Below are positions 8,444-18,200 of a stretch of DNA of 64,000 nt, one piece after another (positions within the stretch are counted from its first letter, which is position 1; the number at the start of each line of letters is the position of its first letter). The DNA is taken from the IMG/VR virus record IMGVR_UViG_3300031519_004372, positions 1 through 64,000 of that record, one strand, 5' to 3'. The notes beneath the pieces were generated by a model that saw only the letters and a list, made by a program, of their open reading frames with translations, was not told the origin of the DNA and made no database searches. This DNA comes from a virus. The position numbers and the translations under genes are program-made.

Positions 8444-9124
8444 CATAAATCGATAATATTTAGGCAATTGTAATTCTCCGCTATATAACACAGTATTCAT
8501 AGGTGACATTCTTTTAAATTCGTTAATATCGTTTACACAATTAACGTGTTCGTCAACTTCAAAGAAGTTGTTGCTTTGTAATATAACTAGCTTACCGCTT
8601 GGTATCTTTGCGTACCATTCTTCAAAATTTTCTATGTGTTCACAACTTGTGTTTATAATAGTATTAGGAGTATCTGTAATAGGATAATTCATTCTATTAT
8701 TAGTATTACTCCAAATTTGCCATTCGTGCTTATTATAATCAATATCCATAATATCTTGTGTAATACTTTTAAACTTCCAATCTTCTTTAACTTGGTTTCG
8801 ATTAATTGTATCAGCTATTTGTAAACATGATTCGTCTATGTCAAAACTTCTAATTTTATCTATATTACATTTACTTTGAAATAACATTGCCGCAAGAGTA
8901 GCATACCATCCAGCACATAAAAAAATAGTACCTAACGAAATGTCTAACGATTCTAGTTCAGTTACCAGCCATCTTTTACTTTTTAGTTGTCCCCAACTAA
9001 GTGCATCACTAAGATCAGCATCGTAGTTGTCAACTGCATTTCGAAGATTATTAAATAATGGATTGTTAGTTAGTACTAACATTCTTCCAAAAATGTCGTT
9101 ATCGTCTTTCCATTCAATCATCAA
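8426..9124 (-). CDS. Class I SAM-dependent methyltransferase-like protein
   Basis: FLCAGWYA (motif I variant), RSFDIDE, IINTSCEH and LVILQSNN. Its 3' end overlaps the convergent gene. Confidence 0.7.
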   Translation of the reverse strand: MMIEWKDDNDIFGRMLVLTNNPLFNNLRNAVDNYDADLSDALSWGQLKSKRWLVTELESLDISLGTIFLCAGWYATLAAMLFQSKCNIDKIRSFDIDESCLQIADTINRNQVKEDWKFKSITQDIMDIDYNKHEWQIWSNTNNRMNYPITDTPNTIINTSCEHIENFEEWYAKIPSGKLVILQSNNFFEVDEHVNCVNDINEFKRMSPMNTVLYSGELQLPKYYRFMLIGYR

Positions 9125-9779
9125 ACTGTTCCTTTAGCCAATCAAAGTTGTTTATTAAATTAAGATCAGCGCCGTTAGATAAACCAAACTCCATACCGTC
9201 ACTAGCACCTTTAATACAGTATTTGCCGAACGGTTTGTCTTTTCCCACTGTTGTCCAAATTCTAAGTCTTTCATTCGTTTCATCATTTTTTTGCCCTTTT
9301 ATAATTTTACTTGATAGTTTAGCACATTCTCTAAAAGCACTTTTCCAAGTACTAAAAGGATCTGTATTAAATGCTGTAATATTTGCAATGTCAGGCATTG
9401 CTTTAAACTTGTCACTAATACTAGTTGTCATGTCTGTTGAATTAATATCAACGTCTAACGTTAATTTTCGAGGAAATAACTTTACTCCTCCGTAACCGTA
9501 CACTAAATCATTAACAGGATTTTGACTACGCCACACATGTACGTGATCTAGTTGGTGCAGAGGTACTTCGTGATCAAAATTAAAATTGTCCATAATTATT
9601 GCATCAGCATCTACAATCCAAAACATTTTAGTAAAACATTTCTTTGCTGCTTCGATATGTGCTTGATGTATTCCCTTAACACCATGCACACGTTTAGCAA
9701 TTGGAAATCTAGTTTTTAATTTTTCCCAGTTTTCGTCTGCACTAAGTTCTTGATAACTTATAAACATAATATCATACAT
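9114..9779 (-). CDS. Glycosyltransferase-like protein (GT-A fold, DxD)
   Basis: MYDIMFISYQE, RVHGVKGIHQAH, FWIVDADA and YGYGGVKLFP; paralogue of 18201-19133. Confidence 0.7.
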   Translation of the reverse strand: MYDIMFISYQELSADENWEKLKTRFPIAKRVHGVKGIHQAHIEAAKKCFTKMFWIVDADAIIMDNFNFDHEVPLHQLDHVHVWRSQNPVNDLVYGYGGVKLFPRKLTLDVDINSTDMTTSISDKFKAMPDIANITAFNTDPFSTWKSAFRECAKLSSKIIKGQKNDETNERLRIWTTVGKDKPFGKYCIKGASDGMEFGLSNGADLNLINNFDWLKEQFDD

Positions 9780-9784
9780 ACTTA

Positions 9785-9813
9785 ATTATACACTCCTATT
9801 TCTTTTTTGTCAA
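9785..9813 (-). promoter_or_regulatory. Consensus sigma70 promoter
   Basis: Minus strand TTGACA (9813-9808), 17 nt, TATAAT (9790-9785). Confidence 0.85.
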
Positions 9814-10937
9814 CCATATCGTATCTTATCAAATAAATTTAAAAACATTGGCATGTGTGATCTATTTAAAAATTTTTCTTTGTTAAGTTTAGCAAATTTC
9901 TTTGTGTTATTTAAAATATGCGTGTTGTCGTTATCTTTAATTCTAGTTAGTTCGCTACAAATTAACTTAATCCTAACATCTATGTCTAAATAAGAATCAT
10001 ATTTTTCATTAATAAGATCATAAAAGGTAAAATATCCTAAACTATTTAAATATTTAATTGTTTGCTGGCATCCTATTATTATAAAAGGTTTTCCCATTAC
10101 TAATAATTGCCATATATCTAAATTTGTAAATAAAGCATTTATTTCACTCATATATGTTTGATTTACAACCGGAGAAGTTGGAGTTATTATTGTAAAGAGA
10201 CTATTAGTATGATATTTAATATTGTCACTCTTAGTTATAGTACCAACATCACATAGACTACTGTTTTCTAAACTTTCTATTAATTTAGTGCGATGAGGTA
10301 AGGATTTCTCTCCGTATAAATGAAATAACATATTAGGATTAAAAGTCTGTATATCAAAATTGTGTACTTGTAATAACGGATTTATTGGTTTAAAAAAATT
10401 ATTATATTTTTTTGTAGTTTTATTAAGAATTAATCGAGATTCTATTTGCCACCAATCAATACCATATGATTTACAAGGATATAGTAGCTCTTGGTACGAA
10501 TTATTAATGTCACTAGTTATAATAATAATATTATCAGGAGCTATATTCATTTTTATAAACATATTTGATAAAAACTTTAAGTGTAGTATTTGGTCATAAA
10601 ATTGAAACGATTGTCCTAATAATAAAAGTTTCATTTTTCCTGTACGTAAGTGGTTTAATGTATTTGGAGGAATGTAAACATTTATTCCGTTTCCTATTTC
10701 TAACGGATAAAATAAATGATCACTGAAATTTTCGTTAGTAAATAATGAAATTTGACAATTATTTTCTATCATTGAATAATAAAAACTAGAAATTACTTCT
10801 GTTAACCCGTCTGCCTCAGTAGCAGGGCCAAACGGCAATGGCCAATATTTTTCATCAATACAATAATCTAAAATTCCGTTTGGAACTGGGCCTGTTTCAG
10901 TTATCTTATCATAATAAAAATTAATATTCATTTGCAA
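9810..10937 (-). CDS. Hypothetical protein, possibly glycosyltransferase-related
   Basis: 375-aa ORF. The C-terminal GKPFIIIG...YL..LGYFTF....EKYD pattern resembles proteins I associate with phage GT clusters (weak evidence). Confidence 0.55.
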   Translation of the reverse strand: MQMNINFYYDKITETGPVPNGILDYCIDEKYWPLPFGPATEADGLTEVISSFYYSMIENNCQISLFTNENFSDHLFYPLEIGNGINVYIPPNTLNHLRTGKMKLLLLGQSFQFYDQILHLKFLSNMFIKMNIAPDNIIIITSDINNSYQELLYPCKSYGIDWWQIESRLILNKTTKKYNNFFKPINPLLQVHNFDIQTFNPNMLFHLYGEKSLPHRTKLIESLENSSLCDVGTITKSDNIKYHTNSLFTIITPTSPVVNQTYMSEINALFTNLDIWQLLVMGKPFIIIGCQQTIKYLNSLGYFTFYDLINEKYDSYLDIDVRIKLICSELTRIKDNDNTHILNNTKKFAKLNKEKFLNRSHMPMFLNLFDKIRYG

Positions 10938-12949
10938 ATATCGTCAATATGTCCGTTATAAGTAAAAGTTTCGTTCTTAAACGACTTATCTTCTCGAACT
11001 AACTCGTGTGTAATAACATCAGGGTCTTCTTTAAGTGATTCGTGTACAAATTTATGAGTACATGTAAAGTTTAGTATTCCTACGTTATTTACAGTTGCAC
11101 TTACATTAGAGACATAGTTATTTGTTACAAACGTTCCAAATTCAGGTAAATCAATCTCAGGTGAAAATTTTAATGTAATAGAATATGCACCCATAGTCTT
11201 ATACATAACCCAAATAAAAGGAAGATATTCATTTACTAAAGTAGCAGATAAACTTCCTTTAAAATAATCAAACGTTTCAATACCTTGTTCAATACGTTCA
11301 ATAAAAGAACTATTTTTATATGTTACATCGTAGGACTTTTGTAAACTTGGTCTATACTGAGCGTTTATAACTGTCCCGTCTGCTTGTGTAATAATTTCTT
11401 TTAACCAAATGTTTGTTAACTTTAATCTAATAAACCTATGAAGGATAGTGTTTTTATAATTAGTTGTCCACCAATTTGATAAAAATTTATTATCACCGGC
11501 TTGTTCAATCCATTCTAAGTTATATTTCTTCCATTCTAAGTTCATACTGCTAAATGGAGCATCGCCACAAGTAAATCCTGGAGAAATAACGTGCATGTGC
11601 TTACGGGTATTATACAACAACTCTAAACTATGTAAAAACTCGTTTAGATGTTCAGTTGGAAACCCAATTAACCAATTAACATGATTTGTCATTCCGACTG
11701 ACTTGCCATCTTTAAGATTAGCTTCTACTTCCCAAATCTTAATTTTTTTCTGCATATCATCTAAAACTTTTTGCGAACCACTTTCTACACCAAAGCTAAG
11801 AGTTGTGCAACCAGACTGGTGGATTTTTTCAAACATTTTTAAATCCATTCGGCCATCGTTACGTGCATAACTATTCCAACGTATTTTTAAATCTTCAGAT
11901 AATATTAAATCTACTAATTTTTGAAACTCTTTAAAATTTCCATTTGCTAAACTATCAACAAACCAGAAACGTTTAATACCGTAATTACTAATCATATGTT
12001 TCATTTCTGCAATAGTACGATCTGCCTGAGTCCATCGAAATTTCCAAAAATGCGTTTCTGCACAGAAGCTACACTTTGCTACACACCCTCTACTAGTTTC
12101 AATACTTGTGCCATCAGGATAATCATATAAAGATAAATTATAATCAGAGTAATCAGGAAAAGGAAGTTCATCTAGATTTAACTTACTCTTAAATCCTCCT
12201 AACACCTTAGGAATTTTATGCCTAGGAAACTTTTCTAAGTCTTCTAATAGTGTTAATATTAACTGTTCACCTTCTCCTTGAATTCGAAAGTCTATTAACG
12301 TAGGATCAAGACCTTGATCTAATAGTTTAGCGTCAAACCAATCAGTAAACGCTTCTGGTCCACCAGCAACAATTATGGTTTCTGGGCTTAATCTTTTAAT
12401 TTCTTTAATCATATACATACTAGCGAGTATATTAGTTAAGTATAAACTAAATCCTACTACAGGAGTATGCTTTTTAATAATAGATTGAATAGCTTTATCT
12501 AATACTGGTTTAATTAACGGTTCAATTTCATCTCTATAAGCTGGCATTTCCCAGCTATAATAGTAGATACTATCCCAAAAATTCTTTTTGTTGTGCTGTT
12601 TAACAAAATGAAAGGATTCAATATTAACATCAAATACATCAACCTTGTATCCATTTTGTCTTAATACACTAGATAGCCTAGCAAGGTTATACGGAGGAAA
12701 AATAGTTCCCCAACTAGGAGCAATAACAAGACTTATTCTAGTATCTTTTTCAATTACAGGGACATTTTCGCTCCAATAATCATATCCTCTTTCATTAATT
12801 TGTTCATTCCAGTATTTATAATGTCGTGCATTTTTTAAATTTGGATTAGTATTACTTAAATGACTACTTGCATGACGTACTTCTTGAGCAATCATTGTTT
12901 TTATTATTTGATCTCTATCTTGGCTAGGAAATTCTATAGGGTCTTCCAT
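10928..12949 (-). CDS. Cobalamin(B12)-binding radical SAM protein (class B methyltransferase-like)
   Basis: PPYNLARLSSVL and VVGFSLY..IIVAGGPE (B12-binding Rossmann domain); IETSRGCVAKCSFC; FGVESGSQKVL; WLIGFPTE. Confidence 0.9.
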   Translation of the reverse strand: MEDPIEFPSQDRDQIIKTMIAQEVRHASSHLSNTNPNLKNARHYKYWNEQINERGYDYWSENVPVIEKDTRISLVIAPSWGTIFPPYNLARLSSVLRQNGYKVDVFDVNIESFHFVKQHNKKNFWDSIYYYSWEMPAYRDEIEPLIKPVLDKAIQSIIKKHTPVVGFSLYLTNILASMYMIKEIKRLSPETIIVAGGPEAFTDWFDAKLLDQGLDPTLIDFRIQGEGEQLILTLLEDLEKFPRHKIPKVLGGFKSKLNLDELPFPDYSDYNLSLYDYPDGTSIETSRGCVAKCSFCAETHFWKFRWTQADRTIAEMKHMISNYGIKRFWFVDSLANGNFKEFQKLVDLILSEDLKIRWNSYARNDGRMDLKMFEKIHQSGCTTLSFGVESGSQKVLDDMQKKIKIWEVEANLKDGKSVGMTNHVNWLIGFPTEHLNEFLHSLELLYNTRKHMHVISPGFTCGDAPFSSMNLEWKKYNLEWIEQAGDNKFLSNWWTTNYKNTILHRFIRLKLTNIWLKEIITQADGTVINAQYRPSLQKSYDVTYKNSSFIERIEQGIETFDYFKGSLSATLVNEYLPFIWVMYKTMGAYSITLKFSPEIDLPEFGTFVTNNYVSNVSATVNNVGILNFTCTHKFVHESLKEDPDVITHELVREDKSFKNETFTYNGHIDDICK

Positions 12950-14202
12950 TTTTTAAAAACCTCCGATAACTTTGGATGTATTTTTGTAACATCTTGCTTT
13001 CTTATTCTATCATAAGTAACCGTTCTGTTAACTAATGCTCGAATTAAATCAGTTTGTTTTGCAATTCCTGCAAGACTTTTATCTTCTGGTTGTTTTAACC
13101 TATTAATAATATGATGTATACGACTAATATTGCACTGTTCTTCGTTAAAAACTGATAATCTGTCTTCTAATTCTAACGCTATTTGTAATCGATCTTGCAA
13201 TGGTAATAAATCTAATTGCATGTCTTTAGGATGATCAACTATATTAAATATAAAATGTCCGTTAGAACCATTAGCTACCCAGTAATCAACTAACTTTGGT
13301 AAATCCCAAGCATTATATAACTGTGCGGTTGCTAATAAATGTACTCTTACATTAGGCATTTGTATATAGTTTGCATATGCAGTATTTAACTGCTCCCAAT
13401 TTGCTCCATATCGTATATAATCATTTGTATAACCTATTCCGCACATACTAAATTGAATATCTACTGCTTTAAACTTAGGTAATAACGAAGTAACCTTTCC
13501 TTTAGTTCGACTACCATTTGTTGTAATGTCTAATCTTAGGTGTGTATTATTACTTTCTACGCACCAGTTTAATAATTTAATTACTCCGGGCATAAACAAT
13601 GGTTCGCCGCCGGCTAGTTTTAAGATTCTCATATGCGGGATTTGTTTTTGTATGCTTTTAAAACAAACCGGATCGTCTATCCATTCATCAACATCTAGCC
13701 ATTCTTCTCCCATTATAGCTTGTGTTTCAGGAAATAATAATTGTTCATCTGCAATCTTACTACTTACTGCGCCAAAGCACATTCTACAACTAAAATTACA
13801 CATTCGACCAGGGCGAATATCTGCCCACAAAGGATAACCAGTATCATTTCCAGTTATTACATCTAATTCTATATCTCCATACCATTTAGTAAAATGATAA
13901 TTTTGACTTTGTCTATCTGATCCGCCACCAGTTTTGTCTTGCTTATAACAAGTTGAGCATCTCTTTTCAAATTTACCATCAAGCATATCTTGACGAATTT
14001 TTTGCATATCATCGCTTGTCCAAATATCTTGAAGATCAGTACCTTGAACATTTTCGACTACCGGTGTCCCCCAATTAGCAATGCAGCATAAATTTGAAGC
14101 CCCTGTTGTAGTCACATAGGTATGAGTAAACGGCATAATACAAAATGCAGGATTACTTTTTACCTGCGACTTTAAGTCGTACTGTAGTTTTTCTATTTTC
14201 AT
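12934..14202 (-). CDS. Radical SAM protein with N-terminal twitch/SPASM domain
   Basis: FCIMPFTH...LCC...CSTC, then CNFSCRMC, LAGGEP and ITTNG. Confidence 0.9.
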   Translation of the reverse strand: MKIEKLQYDLKSQVKSNPAFCIMPFTHTYVTTTGASNLCCIANWGTPVVENVQGTDLQDIWTSDDMQKIRQDMLDGKFEKRCSTCYKQDKTGGGSDRQSQNYHFTKWYGDIELDVITGNDTGYPLWADIRPGRMCNFSCRMCFGAVSSKIADEQLLFPETQAIMGEEWLDVDEWIDDPVCFKSIQKQIPHMRILKLAGGEPLFMPGVIKLLNWCVESNNTHLRLDITTNGSRTKGKVTSLLPKFKAVDIQFSMCGIGYTNDYIRYGANWEQLNTAYANYIQMPNVRVHLLATAQLYNAWDLPKLVDYWVANGSNGHFIFNIVDHPKDMQLDLLPLQDRLQIALELEDRLSVFNEEQCNISRIHHIINRLKQPEDKSLAGIAKQTDLIRALVNRTVTYDRIRKQDVTKIHPKLSEVFKKWKTL

Positions 14203-15814
14203 TACACTCTTTCATCATTTTTTCAAACTCTGGCATAGAAACTTGCCAAGATTCGTTGCGTATTTTATCCAACTGGTGTGTTGTTTCCCACAATCTTTTA
14301 AATTCTTCTTTGTTACCTTCTTTATCCCACATATGCGTTAAGATACTATTAAGTCTGATTTCGACTAACTTACAATATGCTTTATCTTCGTCTGTAATAT
14401 TCCATCTTCTATTAATTGCTAGAATATATTGTTTATACCGTTTGTCAATATACATTTTATAATCAGTTGGTAAATTTTGTATGTTAAGAAATTCTGGCCC
14501 ATATAAATTGTGTATTATAATTACTTGGTTAATTCTTTTCCAATTTTGTTCTTTCATCCACCATTGCATATCAAGAAAATGTAATACGTTCATCGTACTT
14601 AATGTTAAAGTAACACTAGGTACTAATCGATCAAATCCTTCTTCAGAATCAAGTCTACGCATATTTTTTTCAACTGTAGAAAATTTTCCTGGATGACGAA
14701 TATATTCAAAATGTTCGTATATTCCGTCAATGCTCATACCTACATGCACTTCTTTAAAATATTTCCATTGATTAAATACTTTGCTAGGAACTCCTGCCAT
14801 GTTAGTGTTATAATCTAATATTACTTCATTAGCAGTTCCTCTATCAATATAGTAGTCTAATAATTCTCTATGTTTTAAATTAATAGTAGGTTCACCACCT
14901 GTAAAATAATATCGTTTAATAACATCTAAATTATTTAATATATGTTCCCATAATTTTATATACGTTTGGTCATAATCAAATAATTCTGGTACACCATACG
15001 TACCGTCTGGTAAATTTTCAATCTTAACTTCCATATGGTCTCTATAAGTAAATGTAGGATTATCAGGACGCATTGCAACCCAATCATCATACCATAAACT
15101 ACTATCAGTAGGACCGCAACTTCTACATTTTAAATTACATTTATTTCCAAATCTTAAATCCATGTATGTAATTGGAAATTCTTTATTATCTATAGAGCCA
15201 TCACTATCTGTTAGCCGTACTGCTTTATAATAAACATCTTCATATATTTTTTTAGTCCATTGACGTTTACTACCAATACCATTCTGTTCTTCATCAGTGC
15301 ATAATTTACATATTTTAGGATCAATGCCATTTAACATATCTTTTCTTAACTGTTTCCAAGCAGGAGCATTCCTATGTTTAGTAATGTCGTCTTTACCTGT
15401 AAGAACATTACCATCGTCTTTATAGACAGTTCCAAAACTTGGTTTAGTATCATGAATCATTTGACAACACATTCGAATACTTCCATCTGCATTTGTTGCT
15501 AGATGATTCCAAGGAATTGGGCAAAATGCAGAGTATCGTTTTTTACTAAGGGCAGTATTTTTTGCTTCGGCAAGTTTATCTAAGTGATCTGTTTTTCCAT
15601 TTAATTTAATATTAAGAATTGATCTAATCTTACGTCCATTAGGAGTATCAACACTAGGTAGTTCTTTTTTAACCCATAGAGCTTCAAGTACTGCTTGGTC
15701 AAGATCATGTTCGGCAACTATTAACATTACTTCAATTGGACAATCAGGATCATTAATCATTTTGATTCGTTCATCTGTTGTTCTAAATATATCTAAGTCA
15801 AATTTATCAGGCAT
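14153..15814 (-). CDS. Radical SAM protein with twitch domain and N-terminal helical extension
   Basis: FCPIPWNH...MCC...CKLC, then CNLKCRSC, FTGGEP and YNTN; AGGAG RBS. Confidence 0.9.
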   Translation of the reverse strand: MPDKFDLDIFRTTDERIKMINDPDCPIEVMLIVAEHDLDQAVLEALWVKKELPSVDTPNGRKIRSILNIKLNGKTDHLDKLAEAKNTALSKKRYSAFCPIPWNHLATNADGSIRMCCQMIHDTKPSFGTVYKDDGNVLTGKDDITKHRNAPAWKQLRKDMLNGIDPKICKLCTDEEQNGIGSKRQWTKKIYEDVYYKAVRLTDSDGSIDNKEFPITYMDLRFGNKCNLKCRSCGPTDSSLWYDDWVAMRPDNPTFTYRDHMEVKIENLPDGTYGVPELFDYDQTYIKLWEHILNNLDVIKRYYFTGGEPTINLKHRELLDYYIDRGTANEVILDYNTNMAGVPSKVFNQWKYFKEVHVGMSIDGIYEHFEYIRHPGKFSTVEKNMRRLDSEEGFDRLVPSVTLTLSTMNVLHFLDMQWWMKEQNWKRINQVIIIHNLYGPEFLNIQNLPTDYKMYIDKRYKQYILAINRRWNITDEDKAYCKLVEIRLNSILTHMWDKEGNKEEFKRLWETTHQLDKIRNESWQVSMPEFEKMMKECNENRKTTVRLKVAGKK

Positions 15815-15837
15815 TTCTTTCTCCTAACATTCTATCA

Positions 15838-17199
15838 TTATTCTTGTTGTTGGAAAAATTTAAGTTCATTTTCACTATATCCTACTAATTTACTACTGTC
15901 AGCTAAATCTCTAATTGGGACTAGACTGATGGCACCAATTTGTCTTTTATTTGCTCCTATACTATCTAAACCTAAATTAACAATTTTATTTTTAAATTCT
16001 ATAGCTCGATCTAACATTCCCGGAGGTGTCATTAATTTAATTTCTAACCAATGGTCATTTGATACTTCTTTATGATGATTAATAATTATTTCACAGTTTT
16101 CAATAAATCGAGTTTCGTTACCTGGATACTTGTCCATACTATCAAAATGAGCACTCATATTAACACTATTAATGTATTTACTTGCTTCTTTCCAATATTT
16201 TTTACTACGGCTCCCGTTAGTAGTAACAAGTACCCACTGATTTCGTTGTTTAAGGTGTTTAAGAATATCTAAAAACTTTGGGTTCATTGTTGGTTCGCCA
16301 CCGCCAAAGTTCCAACGTATACTACTTCCGTTACTCCAATCATTTATAGCTTTATCAATTGTTTCAATAATCTTATTATAGTCATGATGTTCTTCAGTAT
16401 TATTATGTACACTTGGCCAACAATAATCGCAGTTATAATTACACCGTCGAGTTATATCCCATAATATTTGATAATCAATAGGAAAATTCATTTCAATCCC
16501 AGTTGCAGGATCTGCATGGTCTTTAAAGGTTCCTAATTCCTGTCCTTTATAACCTAAAGTTGTTACATGTAGCTGGTTTAAAGATGAGTCATCTTTTGCC
16601 TTACTTAGTATAACGTCAGCACCGCAACCGCATGTAGAAAAGGGACATGTAACCCAATTAGTAGGAGTAGTCCACCCTGTAAAAATACTGCCTTGTAGAC
16701 CCCAAACATCATCACTAGTTTTAGATTTCCATTGCCATATTTCGTGTCCAGCATTACCTAAGTTAGTTGGAACTTTAAAAAATTCTTTTTCTAAATTAGT
16801 AATACATTCCATAAGTTTTATATGTTGTTCGCAGGTTTCCCAATTATCTTTTGGCATTGGCCAACCCTGCTCGGTATTTTTTTCAATCCAATCACGATGT
16901 GGATATGCACCAATTATATTTTCTCTATATTCTTTCCATAATTGATCAACAGTAGTTTGATCATTAGTAAATGCTTTTATTTGTTGATCATGCACTTTAC
17001 CATAATGTGTTGCACTAGCACAGTTTGCTATCCACACATTTCCATCATAATCAATATATAAACTTCTTACGCCGGCGCTACATTTCCAATTTTTCCAAGT
17101 ATTTAAGTTATTTGCTATTATCTCGTCAACACTAGATAATTTATATTGATTATCTTTATTATAAAGCCGAAGTTGTTTGTTTCCAGTAGGTTGATCCAT
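15838..17199 (-). CDS. Permuted radical SAM protein (SPASM-type domain N-terminal, rSAM C-terminal)
   Basis: N-terminal WKCSAG..IDYDGNV..NC...CPFSTCGCG; C-terminal WDITRRCNYNCDYC, FGGGEP and VTTNG. Confidence 0.85.
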   Translation of the reverse strand: MDQPTGNKQLRLYNKDNQYKLSSVDEIIANNLNTWKNWKCSAGVRSLYIDYDGNVWIANCASATHYGKVHDQQIKAFTNDQTTVDQLWKEYRENIIGAYPHRDWIEKNTEQGWPMPKDNWETCEQHIKLMECITNLEKEFFKVPTNLGNAGHEIWQWKSKTSDDVWGLQGSIFTGWTTPTNWVTCPFSTCGCGADVILSKAKDDSSLNQLHVTTLGYKGQELGTFKDHADPATGIEMNFPIDYQILWDITRRCNYNCDYCWPSVHNNTEEHHDYNKIIETIDKAINDWSNGSSIRWNFGGGEPTMNPKFLDILKHLKQRNQWVLVTTNGSRSKKYWKEASKYINSVNMSAHFDSMDKYPGNETRFIENCEIIINHHKEVSNDHWLEIKLMTPPGMLDRAIEFKNKIVNLGLDSIGANKRQIGAISLVPIRDLADSSKLVGYSENELKFFQQQE

Positions 17200-17200
17200 A

Positions 17201-18187
17201 TTACGTTTGATTCTCTACCAGTAATACCTTTTTACTCATAATATCAAAATTACAATGACAGTAGCTCTTATTACAAGTTACTGGTTTTGATGGCCAAGCT
17301 ATGTTAGTAGGATCTTTCATATTTCCTAAAGAGCCACCAACGCGGCACCAACCAATCATTACAGTTCCATCAAAATCAACTACAATTTGTTCAACGCCAC
17401 TATAACACGCCCAGCCCTTCCAGTTATTTGTATTTTCAGCAATAAATCGATGAGCAGAACTATTTGTTGTTTTATTATTTACAGTATCTATCATATCCAT
17501 ACTGCCGCGATACAATTTCCATTCTTTAGTGTGTTTAATATTAATTGCTAAGTTATGCCATTGCCTATCAATGTATTCAGTTTGCTCATCAGTATAAGTA
17601 TATAGGGTTTCTCCAAAATCAATAATTAGAGGCTGAAGTGCTAAACTAATATTAGGAATTTCTATTACTGATTCAGCAACTGTTTGACAACGTGGCCATA
17701 TTTTAGGATCGTAGTGCATCATTACATTTACGTGTGTTCTACACTGCTGACTCATAATTTTAACTACTTCAATAAAGTGTTTAGGATCACCTTCTTCGGA
17801 ATGGAAACTTAAACACACATGATCAAAATTTTCTTTATTTTTTTCCCACCAACGAAGCGTACGACTGCCGTTACTAATAAATCCTATATCGTGTCCTTTT
17901 GATTTAATATACTGAGCACACTTTATAAAGTCTTTCCATAATGTAACCTCGCCTCCTGTAAATTCAAAATATACTTTACGAGGTGCATAATGAGATTCAC
18001 AAGAATCAATAAACGTTGTTACCGTTTCAAAATCTTGCCAACCAAATGATCCGTTGTTTAACACTGGAGGACAGTAACTACACGAGAAGTTACACATGTT
18101 TCCTAAGTTCCAATTAACAACAACCCAATCTTTAGCCTCTTTATGATGATGATCTAAAATATTGTAAAATTTATTTTCATTTAACAT
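17201..18187 (-). CDS. Radical SAM/SPASM protein
   Basis: WNLGNMCNFSCSYC, FTGGE and FISNG; C-terminal WACYSG..VDFDG..WC...CNKSYCHC. Confidence 0.9.
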   Translation of the reverse strand: MLNENKFYNILDHHHKEAKDWVVVNWNLGNMCNFSCSYCPPVLNNGSFGWQDFETVTTFIDSCESHYAPRKVYFEFTGGEVTLWKDFIKCAQYIKSKGHDIGFISNGSRTLRWWEKNKENFDHVCLSFHSEEGDPKHFIEVVKIMSQQCRTHVNVMMHYDPKIWPRCQTVAESVIEIPNISLALQPLIIDFGETLYTYTDEQTEYIDRQWHNLAINIKHTKEWKLYRGSMDMIDTVNNKTTNSSAHRFIAENTNNWKGWACYSGVEQIVVDFDGTVMIGWCRVGGSLGNMKDPTNIAWPSKPVTCNKSYCHCNFDIMSKKVLLVENQT

Positions 18188-18200
18188 ATACAGTATTACC

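Noticed and set aside
18183-18197. LexA/SOS box (TACTGTATAT half-site; similar motif near 21745-21755)
   Set aside because: Only one half-site is present; the CTGT-N8-ACAG symmetry is missing.
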